Assembly (NCBI GenBank): GCA_963749155.1
Contig: CAVVLO010000002.1
Location: 704,001 to 768,000 of the forward strand
Length of the DNA stretch: 64,000 nucleotides
Direction: 5' to 3'
Source of the DNA: an uncultured Armatimonadia bacterium
GTDB taxonomy: Bacteria; Armatimonadota; Zipacnadia; CAVVLO01
In this document: piece by piece, positions 54,424-64,000 of the stretch
How the letters are laid out: every line of letters starts with the position of its first letter
How positions within the stretch are numbered: the stretch's first letter is position 1
Translations under genes and position numbers: made by a program
The notes under the pieces: model-generated
What the model saw: the letters and a program-made list of their open reading frames with translations, nothing else
What the model was told of the DNA's origin: nothing
Database searches by the model: none

Positions 54424-55061
54424 TCCGAGAAACGGGGACACTTGCGCGCGTTCTGGCAGAGGGCCAAAGCCGCCGGCTTGAGATTGGCTGCCAGCGCTCG
54501 CTTGCCGGGCTTGCCTTTGGCGACAGCGTCGCAGTAGATGGCGTCTGCCTCACGGTGGCGGCCTTGCAGCCCTCCTCTTTTGAAGCCATTGTGATGGAGG
54601 AGACCTTCAGCCGAACGACCCTGGCCACCCTCCGAACAGGCGCCAAAGTCAATCTGGAGCCTTCGCTCAGGCTTGGAGACCGGCTTGATGGCCATCTGGT
54701 GCTTGGTCATGTGGATGGCATGGGCAGGCTGGAACGCTTTGAGGAGCGAGGAGCTTCCAGGCTGATCTGGTGGTCGGCCCCTGCAGAACTCCTCCCCTAT
54801 TTCGCCGTCAAAGGTAGCGTTGCCCTCGATGGCATTAGTCTTACCCTGGTCGAGGTCGATGATCGGACTCGCCAGTGCTCTGTTTCCGTGCTTCACCAGA
54901 CGCTTGCCGAGACCAGCCTGGGCGCGAAGCGCTCTGGCGATTCGATAAACCTTGAAGTTGATGTGCTGGCCCGGTATGTACGGCGCAGCCTCCTTGGGAG
55001 CGATGTCCTGCCTCAGTCCGGAGTCACCAGGGAACTTCTTGAGGACTCCGGCTTTTTATAA
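54408..55061 (+). CDS. ribE: Riboflavin synthase alpha chain, CTG start
   Basis: (CTG)FTGIIRETG...GDSVAVDGVCLTV, GHLVLGHVDG, KGSVALDGISLT, NLEVD.LARY. Confidence 0.93.
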   Translation: MFTGIIRETGTLARVLAEGQSRRLEIGCQRSLAGLAFGDSVAVDGVCLTVAALQPSSFEAIVMEETFSRTTLATLRTGAKVNLEPSLRLGDRLDGHLVLGHVDGMGRLERFEERGASRLIWWSAPAELLPYFAVKGSVALDGISLTLVEVDDRTRQCSVSVLHQTLAETSLGAKRSGDSINLEVDVLARYVRRSLLGSDVLPQSGVTRELLEDSGFL

Positions 55062-55106
55062 GTGATTAAGGGCTGACTGGTGCTTCCCCAAATTCTGCGA
55101 GGTCTT

Positions 55107-56330
55107 ATGGGAATCGAAAACGTAGAAAAAGCTGTTGAAGCCTTCAAACGCGGCGAGTTTGTAATCATCGTGGATGACGAAAGTCGCGAGAACGAAGGCG
55201 ACCTGGTTATCGCCGCTGAAAAAATCACACCCGAAGCCGTTAACTTTATGGCAAGGGAAGCGCGGGGGCTTATTTGTGTCCCCATGCAGCAGGAGCGGCT
55301 TGCCGCCATCGGTAGTGAGCCGATGACCAATACCAACCGCGAAGCGCGTGGTTGCGCCTTCGAGGTCAGCGTGGATGCCAAACTTGGTATCACAACCGGC
55401 ATCAGTGCCGCTGACAGGGCGCGCACTATAAAGTTGCTCGCCGATCCGGCAACAGGCCCTGCCGATTTCGTAAGGCCGGGGCATATATTTCCCCTGCGAG
55501 CAAAGCCTGGCGGGGTGCTGCACCGTACAGGGCACACCGAAGCCGCGGTAGACCTGTCTCAGCTTGCGGGATTTTCCCCTTGTGGCGCTATCTGTGAGAT
55601 TATGAATCCCGATGGTTCGATGGCGCGCCGTCCCGAGCTTGAGGAGTTTGCCCAGCGTCACGGCCTGCTGATAATCACCGTTGAGGAATTGGTCGAATAC
55701 CGGCGTCATCACGAGAAACTCGTCGAGCATACCTCGGAGGCTGATTTTCCCACTGCCCACGGTCATTTCCGCATCCACGGCTATCTTAGCCTGCTCAACA
55801 ACGCCCCTTATATCGCTCTGGTCAAAGGCGTAATGGATGAAGAACCAACTCTTGTGCGCGTTCATTCAGGCTGCCTGACTGGCGATTGTCTTTTCTCGGC
55901 CAGGTGCGACTGTGGAGAACAACTCGAACTGGCGATGCGCATAATTGAGGCCGAAGGCAAAGGCGTTATACTTTATATACCCGAGCACGAGGGGCGAGGT
56001 ATAGGCATCCTCAACAAGCTGCGCGCCTACAGGTTGCAGGATGAGGGAGAAGATACCATCGAGGCCAACCACGACCTGGGCTTCCCAAGCGACCTTAGAG
56101 ATTTTGGTATAGGCGCCCAGGTACTCGCTGATCTCGGCCTGCGAAAATTACGTCTAATGACCAACAACCCCAAAAAGCTGGTGGGGCTTTCAGGCTGGGG
56201 GCTTGAGCTGGTAGAACGGGTACCACTGGAAGTAGCTCCAAACGAGCACAATCTGCGCTATCTCAATACAAAGCGCGAACGTATGGGCCATAGTCTTGAA
56301 CTTGGAGAACACAAGGAGGAGAGAGCGTGA
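55107..56330 (+). CDS. ribBA: Bifunctional DHBP synthase / GTP cyclohydrolase II
   Basis: [48 protein letters not shown]. Confidence 0.96.
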   Translation: MGIENVEKAVEAFKRGEFVIIVDDESRENEGDLVIAAEKITPEAVNFMAREARGLICVPMQQERLAAIGSEPMTNTNREARGCAFEVSVDAKLGITTGISAADRARTIKLLADPATGPADFVRPGHIFPLRAKPGGVLHRTGHTEAAVDLSQLAGFSPCGAICEIMNPDGSMARRPELEEFAQRHGLLIITVEELVEYRRHHEKLVEHTSEADFPTAHGHFRIHGYLSLLNNAPYIALVKGVMDEEPTLVRVHSGCLTGDCLFSARCDCGEQLELAMRIIEAEGKGVILYIPEHEGRGIGILNKLRAYRLQDEGEDTIEANHDLGFPSDLRDFGIGAQVLADLGLRKLRLMTNNPKKLVGLSGWGLELVERVPLEVAPNEHNLRYLNTKRERMGHSLELGEHKEERA

Positions 56331-56797
56331 ACACCTATGAAGGCAATCTGATCGCACAAGAGCTGCGTTTCGCGCTGGTAGTCAGCCGTTTCAACGAGTT
56401 TCTCACCAACAAACTCCTGTCTGGGGCGCTGGATGCCCTCAAACGGCACGGGGCGTCCGAGGCCAACCTGGATGTCATCTGGGTTCCGGGAGCTTTCGAG
56501 ATCCCCCTGTTTGTGAAACTCGCCGCTGAATCAGGCAAATATGACGCGGTAATCGCTCTTGGAGCGATTATCCGGGGAGAGACTCCCCATTTCGATTATG
56601 TGGCAAGTGAGGCGTCCAAGGGCATAGCGCAAGTCTCTCTTGCGACCGAATGCCCCGTGATGTTCGGGATAGTCACCGCCGACACGCTGGACCAGGCCAT
56701 TGCCCGGACTGGCACCAAGGCTGGGAACAAAGGAGCCGACGCCGCCGTTAGCGCCATCGAATGCGCCAACCTTAAGCGCCAGCTCAAAGGAGAGTAG
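56327..56797 (+). CDS. ribH: 6,7-dimethyl-8-ribityllumazine synthase
   Basis: [27 protein letters not shown]. Confidence 0.97.
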   Translation: MNTYEGNLIAQELRFALVVSRFNEFLTNKLLSGALDALKRHGASEANLDVIWVPGAFEIPLFVKLAAESGKYDAVIALGAIIRGETPHFDYVASEASKGIAQVSLATECPVMFGIVTADTLDQAIARTGTKAGNKGADAAVSAIECANLKRQLKGE

Positions 56798-56803
56798 TTT
56801 CAA

Positions 56804-57967
56804 GTGAGAAGAAGTGGTCAGGTAAACCTGGCGTTGTTGATAGTCATCGCTTTGCTTTTCGGGCTGATTGGTGGCCTGCTGGGCACTCTTGTAGCCCGGC
56901 AATCGCCTTTGAGTCAGCCTGGTAACGGCTCAACAGCTGTTACCGTGCCAGTAAGTCAGAACACAGGCCAGTGGGGCGAGTTGCAACAGGCTGTGAAAGC
57001 CGCGGCAGCCAACGCGACTCCTGCTGTGGTAAATGTCCACGTAGAGCGCGAAGCGCGCCCGCAGCCTTTTGGGCCCTTTATGTTCGAATTTGGACAGGGT
57101 GGCCCCGAGAAGGGCCAGGGCTCCGGTTTCTTCTTCGATGACAAAGGCCATGTGCTCACCAACGGGCATGTCGTCGAGGGGATGGACAAGATCGAAGTCT
57201 CGCTGTCGAATGGCAAGTCTTATCCTGCCAAGATAGTCGGGCTGGATCATGAATCCGATGTTGCGGTGTTGCAGGTAGATCTCAAAGGCGAGAAGCAAGC
57301 CTATCTTCAGGCCGGCAACGATGATGGGATGGAGGCAGGCACCTTTGTGCTGGCCATCGGCAATCCTCTCGGTTATGAGAATTCAGTCACGCTCGGTATC
57401 GTCAGCGCCCTGCATCGTCAGGCCGTCAGGGTAGAAGACCGCGTCTATCGCGATCTCATCCAGACGGACACAGCGATCAACCCGGGCAACAGTGGCGGGC
57501 CACTCATCACTCTCGATGGCAAGGTCATCGGTGTAAACACCGTTATCGCATCGCCCAGCGGGGGCAGCATTGGGATAGGTTTCGCCATCCCGATGAGCCA
57601 GGTGCAGAAACTGCTGAATGACCTGCTCACCATCGGCCATATCGAGCGGCCAGCGCTTGGCGTGTTGATAGACGACGTCACGCCGCAGGCCAAGGAGTAT
57701 CTTGGTTACACGAAGGACGAAGGCGCGGTAATTGGCGCCGTCGTACCTGGTGGTCCCGCTGCCAAAGCCGGGCTTCTGGCTGGCGACATAATCACCGAGA
57801 TAGACCATAAGCCGATAAAAAAGGCCGAGGATGTCATAGATCTGATAAAGGCCTACAAACCTGGCAACGAAGTCTCGATGCAGGTCTTCTCGAAGGGCGC
57901 CTTCAAGTATGTAAAGGTGAAGCTGGTCGACAAGTCCAAGCTGCCCAACGCGACAACCGGAGGCTAA
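56804..57967 (+). CDS. HtrA/DegP family serine protease with one PDZ domain
   Basis: N-terminal TM; LTNGHVV, DVAVL, IQTDTAINPGNSGGPL, GIGFAIP. Confidence 0.93.
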   Translation: MRRSGQVNLALLIVIALLFGLIGGLLGTLVARQSPLSQPGNGSTAVTVPVSQNTGQWGELQQAVKAAAANATPAVVNVHVEREARPQPFGPFMFEFGQGGPEKGQGSGFFFDDKGHVLTNGHVVEGMDKIEVSLSNGKSYPAKIVGLDHESDVAVLQVDLKGEKQAYLQAGNDDGMEAGTFVLAIGNPLGYENSVTLGIVSALHRQAVRVEDRVYRDLIQTDTAINPGNSGGPLITLDGKVIGVNTVIASPSGGSIGIGFAIPMSQVQKLLNDLLTIGHIERPALGVLIDDVTPQAKEYLGYTKDEGAVIGAVVPGGPAAKAGLLAGDIITEIDHKPIKKAEDVIDLIKAYKPGNEVSMQVFSKGAFKYVKVKLVDKSKLPNATTGG

Positions 57968-57973
57968 CCCCTG

Positions 57974-58538
57974 GTGAAGCTCGGGCTGATAAGCGATACG
58001 CATGGTGCCGTTGCGCCGGTTAGGACTCTCCTCGCCGGCGCCTTCGCCGGCGCAGACCTGGTGTTGCATGCGGGTGATGTGCTCTATCATGGGCCACGCA
58101 ACCCGCTCCCCGACACCTACAACCCAGCCCAGCTTGCCGAGGTTATCAACGTCTCGCCTGCGCCTTTCCTCATCGCGCGTGGCAACTGCGATTCTAGCGT
58201 GGATGAAGCAGTAATCAACGTGCCCCTGCTTGCGCCCTATGCGCTAGTCCAGTGGGAAGGCCTGCGTATACTCGTCAATCATGGCGACCTTTGCTCCCGA
58301 AAGGAGCTTGCCTCCGAGGCGAAGCGACTCGGTGCGCGCATCGCGCTGTTCGGGCATATCCACACACCGGTGCTCGAAGAGGAAAAAGGTGTGCTGCCTA
58401 GTAAATCCCGGCAGTCCTTCCCTGCCCAAGTACGAGGTTGGGGGGCAGCTTGTGCCGACTTATGGGCTAATCGAGGCTGGTCGAGTCGTCCTGCGCCGGC
58501 TGGACACCGATGAGGAGCTATTTTCTACGGAAATCTAG
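57974..58538 (+). CDS. YfcE-like metallophosphoesterase (frameshift near 58395)
   Basis: ISDTHG, HAGDVLYHGPRN, RGNCD, HGD, GHIH; NPGS in the shifted frame. Confidence 0.88.
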
Positions 58539-58599
58539 CGGCAAAGCTTCGCCTGGCAACAGCCCCTAAGTATTGACCAGGTTCTATATGAGACTTCCA

Positions 58600-58626
58600 G
58601 AAGACCAGAGCAGTTGCTCTGGTCTT
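58600..58626 (+). terminator. Perfect hairpin after the rib-htrA-yfcE run (terminator or operator)
   Basis: aagaccagagc-agtt-gctctggtctt; weak U-tract. Confidence 0.5.
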
Positions 58627-58849
58627 GCTATTTGGTCACCGGTCAGCCTCCCACTCAAGCCCTCTCTGTTGCCTACCAGGTTCCCCCCTGCCTGCTTTGC
58701 ACTGCCTTTGCCTTCTGTTAGCCTGAGACAGTCGCAAGGCTCGGAGGGCTGGCGGAAAGCGCTTTCCCCCAACCCAGGCGACTTATGGACCTTCCACTGG
58801 GGCAACCAGGCAACCCAGAGACAGGTCACATTCCTGAGAGGTGATTGTT

Positions 58850-60535
58850 ATGTTGCGAATTACTGTTCTTGTTTTGCTGGCAGCCTGTCTGCTGGCACTG
58901 CCGGCCCTTGCAAAGGATATGCCGGACGTTCCCTTCACCCACTGGGCCTACGATGCGGTCGACGAGTTGACCGATATTGGTATCCTCCAGGGCTATCCTG
59001 ATGGCACTTACAAGGGCCAGAGGACTCTCACCAGGTATGAGTTTGCCGAGGCGACCGTGAAGCTTGTCCATTACCTCGAAAACTATGTCGACGAGAAGAC
59101 CGCGGCGCTGGAATCCGGCGTTGACGCCGCCTCTGCGCGTGCCATCGCCAAGGACGAAGCCGCCAAGGCAGTTGCTGCAATCAAGCTGCCGACCTTTGAT
59201 ATGACTCTGGATGAGGTAAAGTCCGCCGCTGCCGCCTCTGGCGCCGCCGCTGCCAAAGAGGCTCTTGCAGGTATGAGTCCCGGCCTCACCAGGGCCGAGG
59301 CCCAGGCGCTTATAGATACCGCCGTGACCACCTTGGTCACCAAGGACTACCTGGCCAACCTGGTTGCCGAGTTCCGCACAGACCTCCAGGAGCTTGGCAT
59401 AGACGTCGATGATCTGATGTACCGAGTCAGTGCCGCCGAAGCCGCTCTTGAGGCTCTGGACGCCCGCGTGACTGCTCTCGAGGAGAAGCCTGACAAGGTA
59501 ACTGGCAGTTTCATCTGGAAGGCTGGCAGCGCTCAGGCCGTCTATTCGACCGATTGGGATCGCTTCAGCAATATGGATGCCCGTATCGCAGTTGATGGCC
59601 CGCTGGGTGATTCTGCAACTGGTCACGTCAACTTCTGGCGGCCTGATTATGGAGGCGACGGCACCGTCTGGCTGGAAGAGGCTTATGTTGTTGTCCCCGA
59701 AGACAAGCTGCCTTTCGATGCCAAGCTGGGCCTGCAGTATTACTCGGTAGGCAAGGGCCTGGTTTTCAACAACGACTATGATTCGTCCGAAGCGCTGCTG
59801 CTCTCCAAGGGCTTCGGTTCGACTGACCTGGCTTTCTTCTATGGGTTCAGCAACGCCTATGAGACCGAAGATGCGGTTCAGCTTGTTAGTGCCAGCTTCC
59901 CGCTGCTTGGCGCGACGGTAAAGCCGATGTGGCTAATCCAGGGCCTGGGCAGTGAAGAGGCCTGGGGAGTATCTGTAGAACTTCCGGAGTTCGCTCTGGG
60001 TGGACTGGGACTGGCTCTGGCGGGCGAATATGCCTCGTATGAAGAAGACCTTGGCGGCGCCAGCCTTTCCAGCGACAACACTGCTTATCTCCTGACTGGC
60101 AGTCTGTCGGGCCTGGGCGACTTCGGCCTGGATCTTTCCTATGCGAAGACCGAACCGGGCTATATGAACTATGACGCCTCGCTGACAGGCCTCAAGCTGT
60201 GGAGCTATTATCTCGACTACAGCGGCCTGCCGTGGGACTGGCTGCTCGGGGCGCCCGCGCAGGCTCTGCCGGGCACGAAGGCCTATTCGGCGGGGCTCTC
60301 CAAGGACTTCGGCAGCGTCTCGGCGCTGGCCCGGTTTGCCCGCTGGGATACCACCGATGGGCCAATCCCCTTCGGCAGCACGCTGGTGCTTTCCGACAGG
60401 GCTGACCTTTCGCAGCTTACCCTTAGCACCGACCTGGCCGATGGAGTAGCTCTCGGGCTTACCTGGGCTAATCTCGAGGTAAAGGGCGTAGACGATTACC
60501 AGTACTTTGGAGGCGCCCTTAACGTCGCCTTCTAG
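58850..60535 (+). CDS. SLH-domain, coiled-coil, beta-barrel outer membrane protein (OmpM/SlpA-like)
   Basis: DVPFTHWAYDAV..L...GIL.GYPDGTYKG...LTRYE.A SLH; coiled coil; amphipathic strands; C-terminal Phe. Confidence 0.85.
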   Translation: MLRITVLVLLAACLLALPALAKDMPDVPFTHWAYDAVDELTDIGILQGYPDGTYKGQRTLTRYEFAEATVKLVHYLENYVDEKTAALESGVDAASARAIAKDEAAKAVAAIKLPTFDMTLDEVKSAAAASGAAAAKEALAGMSPGLTRAEAQALIDTAVTTLVTKDYLANLVAEFRTDLQELGIDVDDLMYRVSAAEAALEALDARVTALEEKPDKVTGSFIWKAGSAQAVYSTDWDRFSNMDARIAVDGPLGDSATGHVNFWRPDYGGDGTVWLEEAYVVVPEDKLPFDAKLGLQYYSVGKGLVFNNDYDSSEALLLSKGFGSTDLAFFYGFSNAYETEDAVQLVSASFPLLGATVKPMWLIQGLGSEEAWGVSVELPEFALGGLGLALAGEYASYEEDLGGASLSSDNTAYLLTGSLSGLGDFGLDLSYAKTEPGYMNYDASLTGLKLWSYYLDYSGLPWDWLLGAPAQALPGTKAYSAGLSKDFGSVSALARFARWDTTDGPIPFGSTLVLSDRADLSQLTLSTDLADGVALGLTWANLEVKGVDDYQYFGGALNVAF

Positions 60536-60552
60536 GCGCCTTCAGGACCTTT

Positions 60553-60589
60553 GGGGCGGAGCCTTTTCGGGCTTCGCCCCGTTTTTTTT
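60553..60589 (+). terminator. Intrinsic terminator
   Basis: ggggcggagcc...ggcttcgcccc followed by T8. Confidence 0.88.
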
Positions 60590-60600
60590 GCCCCGGTGGG

Positions 60601-60629
60601 TTGACACCCTGATGGGGGCCTGTTAGGAT
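60601..60629 (+). promoter_or_regulatory. rRNA promoter
   Basis: TTGACA-N17-TAGGAT with extended TG and a GC-rich discriminator. Confidence 0.85.
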
Positions 60630-60803
60630 ACGGCCCGCCGAGGGGCAAGAGCTGGTTGACAAGGGAATAGGGAGAAGAACGCCAAGCTTGTGCAGGGCTT
60701 GAAAAAATAGCTTTGCCCGTCTGGGGCCCAAGGGCCCTGGACATCAGCAGGCAAACTCGAAAACAAAAGCAACCCACTGGCCAGTGGCTGGTGGGTAAAT
60801 ATT

Positions 60804-62337
<1,534 letters not shown>

Positions 62338-62558
62338 AAGGAGCATTTCGGGCCGACTCAGTCGGTCGCTCCAGGTCGATCTACACAAGCAAGCGTTCTT
62401 TCAGGAAGCTAACCCTTCCCTCCCAGAGAGTTCTCCCGATGCCCCAAGCCGGCCTCGGTGCTTACCCTCTTCCCTTGTCAACCACGCCCTTAGGCACAAT
62501 ATTGCTCGGAGCGGCCTGCGATTGCTTGATCGCAGGCTTTTTCGTTTATACTGGTCTT

Positions 62559-64000
62559 ATGCGTATTCACTTGGTCGCCCTTATCATCTCCTTAGGTGTG
62601 CTTGCCCCTGCGCGCGCTGGGTTGCTAGCGCTTGAAGTCGACCCTCAGACTCTGGGCCTTCGCACAGAAGCTGCCACTCTGGCCGATTCGCTGGGTTACA
62701 CGGCTTATTGGGAGGATGGCAGCCCTGCCTTTGAATTCAACAAGCCAGCTTCTGTCGAGCCGCTCGGGGAAGGTCACTTTCGGCTGAGCTACGAGGCAAC
62801 GCTCGAGAGTGGCGAGAGCCTCCGGGCGACATGTGAGCTGACCCAGCAATCTCATCGCCTCAGCCTCGACTGGACTTTCGATCTGCCCGAGCTGACTCAG
62901 CCACTTAGTCCTTGGAGTTGCGGCTTCCGCTTCGCCTTCCCCAACGCGCCGACCAGCGCCGAACAGCGCCCGTGGGTGAAGTGGGTGAAGCCGACCGGCG
63001 AGGCCGATTTAGCGGGCGATACACCGTATCCCGACCTTGCTACCTATCTGCGCAAAGTGCGTTTCGGCCAGGTAGACCTCGTCTTTGCGACGCCCTGGTA
63101 CGACCCGGACTGGTTCTACAAACGCGATCTGGGTCGAACCCACTTCATCCGGTGGCGCCCACCAGAGCCTGGCAAGCCTGCTACGGTGAGTTTCAGCTTG
63201 ATAGCAGCCGACGAGGCCACACCTGATGCGTTGCTTGCAGCAGTAGCCACAGAGCAAGTCCTTTGGTGGCGACTGGACAGCCCTGAAGGCGCCAAGGTCT
63301 TTCTCCCTGGGCAGGACGTAACGCTCGAGCTTGCCCTCGGTGATACCTCGGGGGCGCCCCAGGAAGCCAGGCTCTCACTTGAGGCGCGCGACTACTACGG
63401 CAAGCAACTCGCCTCGGTCGACAAGGTACTTCCTCTCACCCGCCGGGCAGTCTGTCGAAGTGCCCCTGCCGCTCGGCCAGGTGGCGCGGGGGATGGTCTT
63501 CGTGGCCGGCACGCTCGAGGCAGGAGGCCAGACCCAGCAGGTGCGCGGCAGCTTCGCAGTGTTGCCGGAGCGTGAGCCCACCGTGAACGCGGAGTCCCCC
63601 TTCGGCTTCGCCAACCTGATCGCGAACCCGGCTGTCTATCCTGACCAGCTTCCGCTTGAGGAGGTCGCGGCGGCGGCTGCCCGGGTCGGCGCCAAGTGGG
63701 TGCGCTGGCCGCTCTGGCAGCCTCAGGCTGAGTATACTGAAGAGTACCAGCAGAGCGTCCAGCAGCGCCTGGATGTCCTGACCGCAGCGGGGCTGATGGT
63801 GGACTCACATATCGGTTTCCCGCTTGAACCAGACCGAGGCCGACTGGTCCCAGCTCGAGGAAGGGCTGCGCCTGTTTGCAGGGCTTACTCCTTCTCTGCG
63901 CGTTGGCAACGAGTACAACCTGCTGCGCTGAGGCCAAACCTGAGCAATACCTTGCGCTGCTCTCGCGCATCGCCGAGTTGCAGCATCAGGTGGCGCCGCA
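62559..64000 (+). CDS. Secreted clan GH-A-like glycoside hydrolase (frameshifted, 3' truncated)
   Basis: Signal peptide MRIHLVALII...ARA; SPFG and GAKWVR segments and a VGNEYN acid/base-like motif near 63905 in shifted frames. Confidence 0.55.

Noticed and set aside
60656..60661. Second rRNA promoter at TTGACA
   Set aside because: No -10 at suitable spacing; the hexamer is part of the leader/trailer stem.

Overview
About 60% GC bacterial window that reads like a sugar-degrading diderm Terrabacterium. Gene content and the divergent 16S resemble Armatimonadota, but that taxonomy is inference. In order it holds: the 3' end of a bacterial microcompartment locus (PduS-like, PduT-like, acetate kinase, ASRT-domain protein); about 25 kb of secreted glycoside-hydrolase-like, beta-helix, sulfatase and sugar redox genes with four tRNAs; eno-pyk-ftsB-like-motAB; iscR-iscS-nadA; three DUF362 paralogs plus a membrane polyferredoxin and trpF; an ECF sigma/anti-sigma pair; rpsT; ribD-ribE-ribBA-ribH; htrA; an SLH/beta-barrel OmpM-like protein; and a 16S rRNA gene with no 23S behind it. 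Many genes are split by single-base indels, most likely long-read errors. Most notable: (i) all four Tat-like signals of the DUF362/polyferredoxin cluster read T-R-K instead of R-R; (ii) a recurring sigmaH-like (A/G)GGA-N17-GAA promoter precedes the catabolic genes; (iii) the 16S gene stands alone, is self-enclosed by flanking stems, and has compensated changes that mismatch 341F and alter the decoding helix; (iv) ribE appears to start at CTG; (v) a 362-bp duplication brackets a GyrI-like gene; (vi) four 11-bp-phased repeats sit in the eno leader. All family calls come from motif recognition, not database searches.
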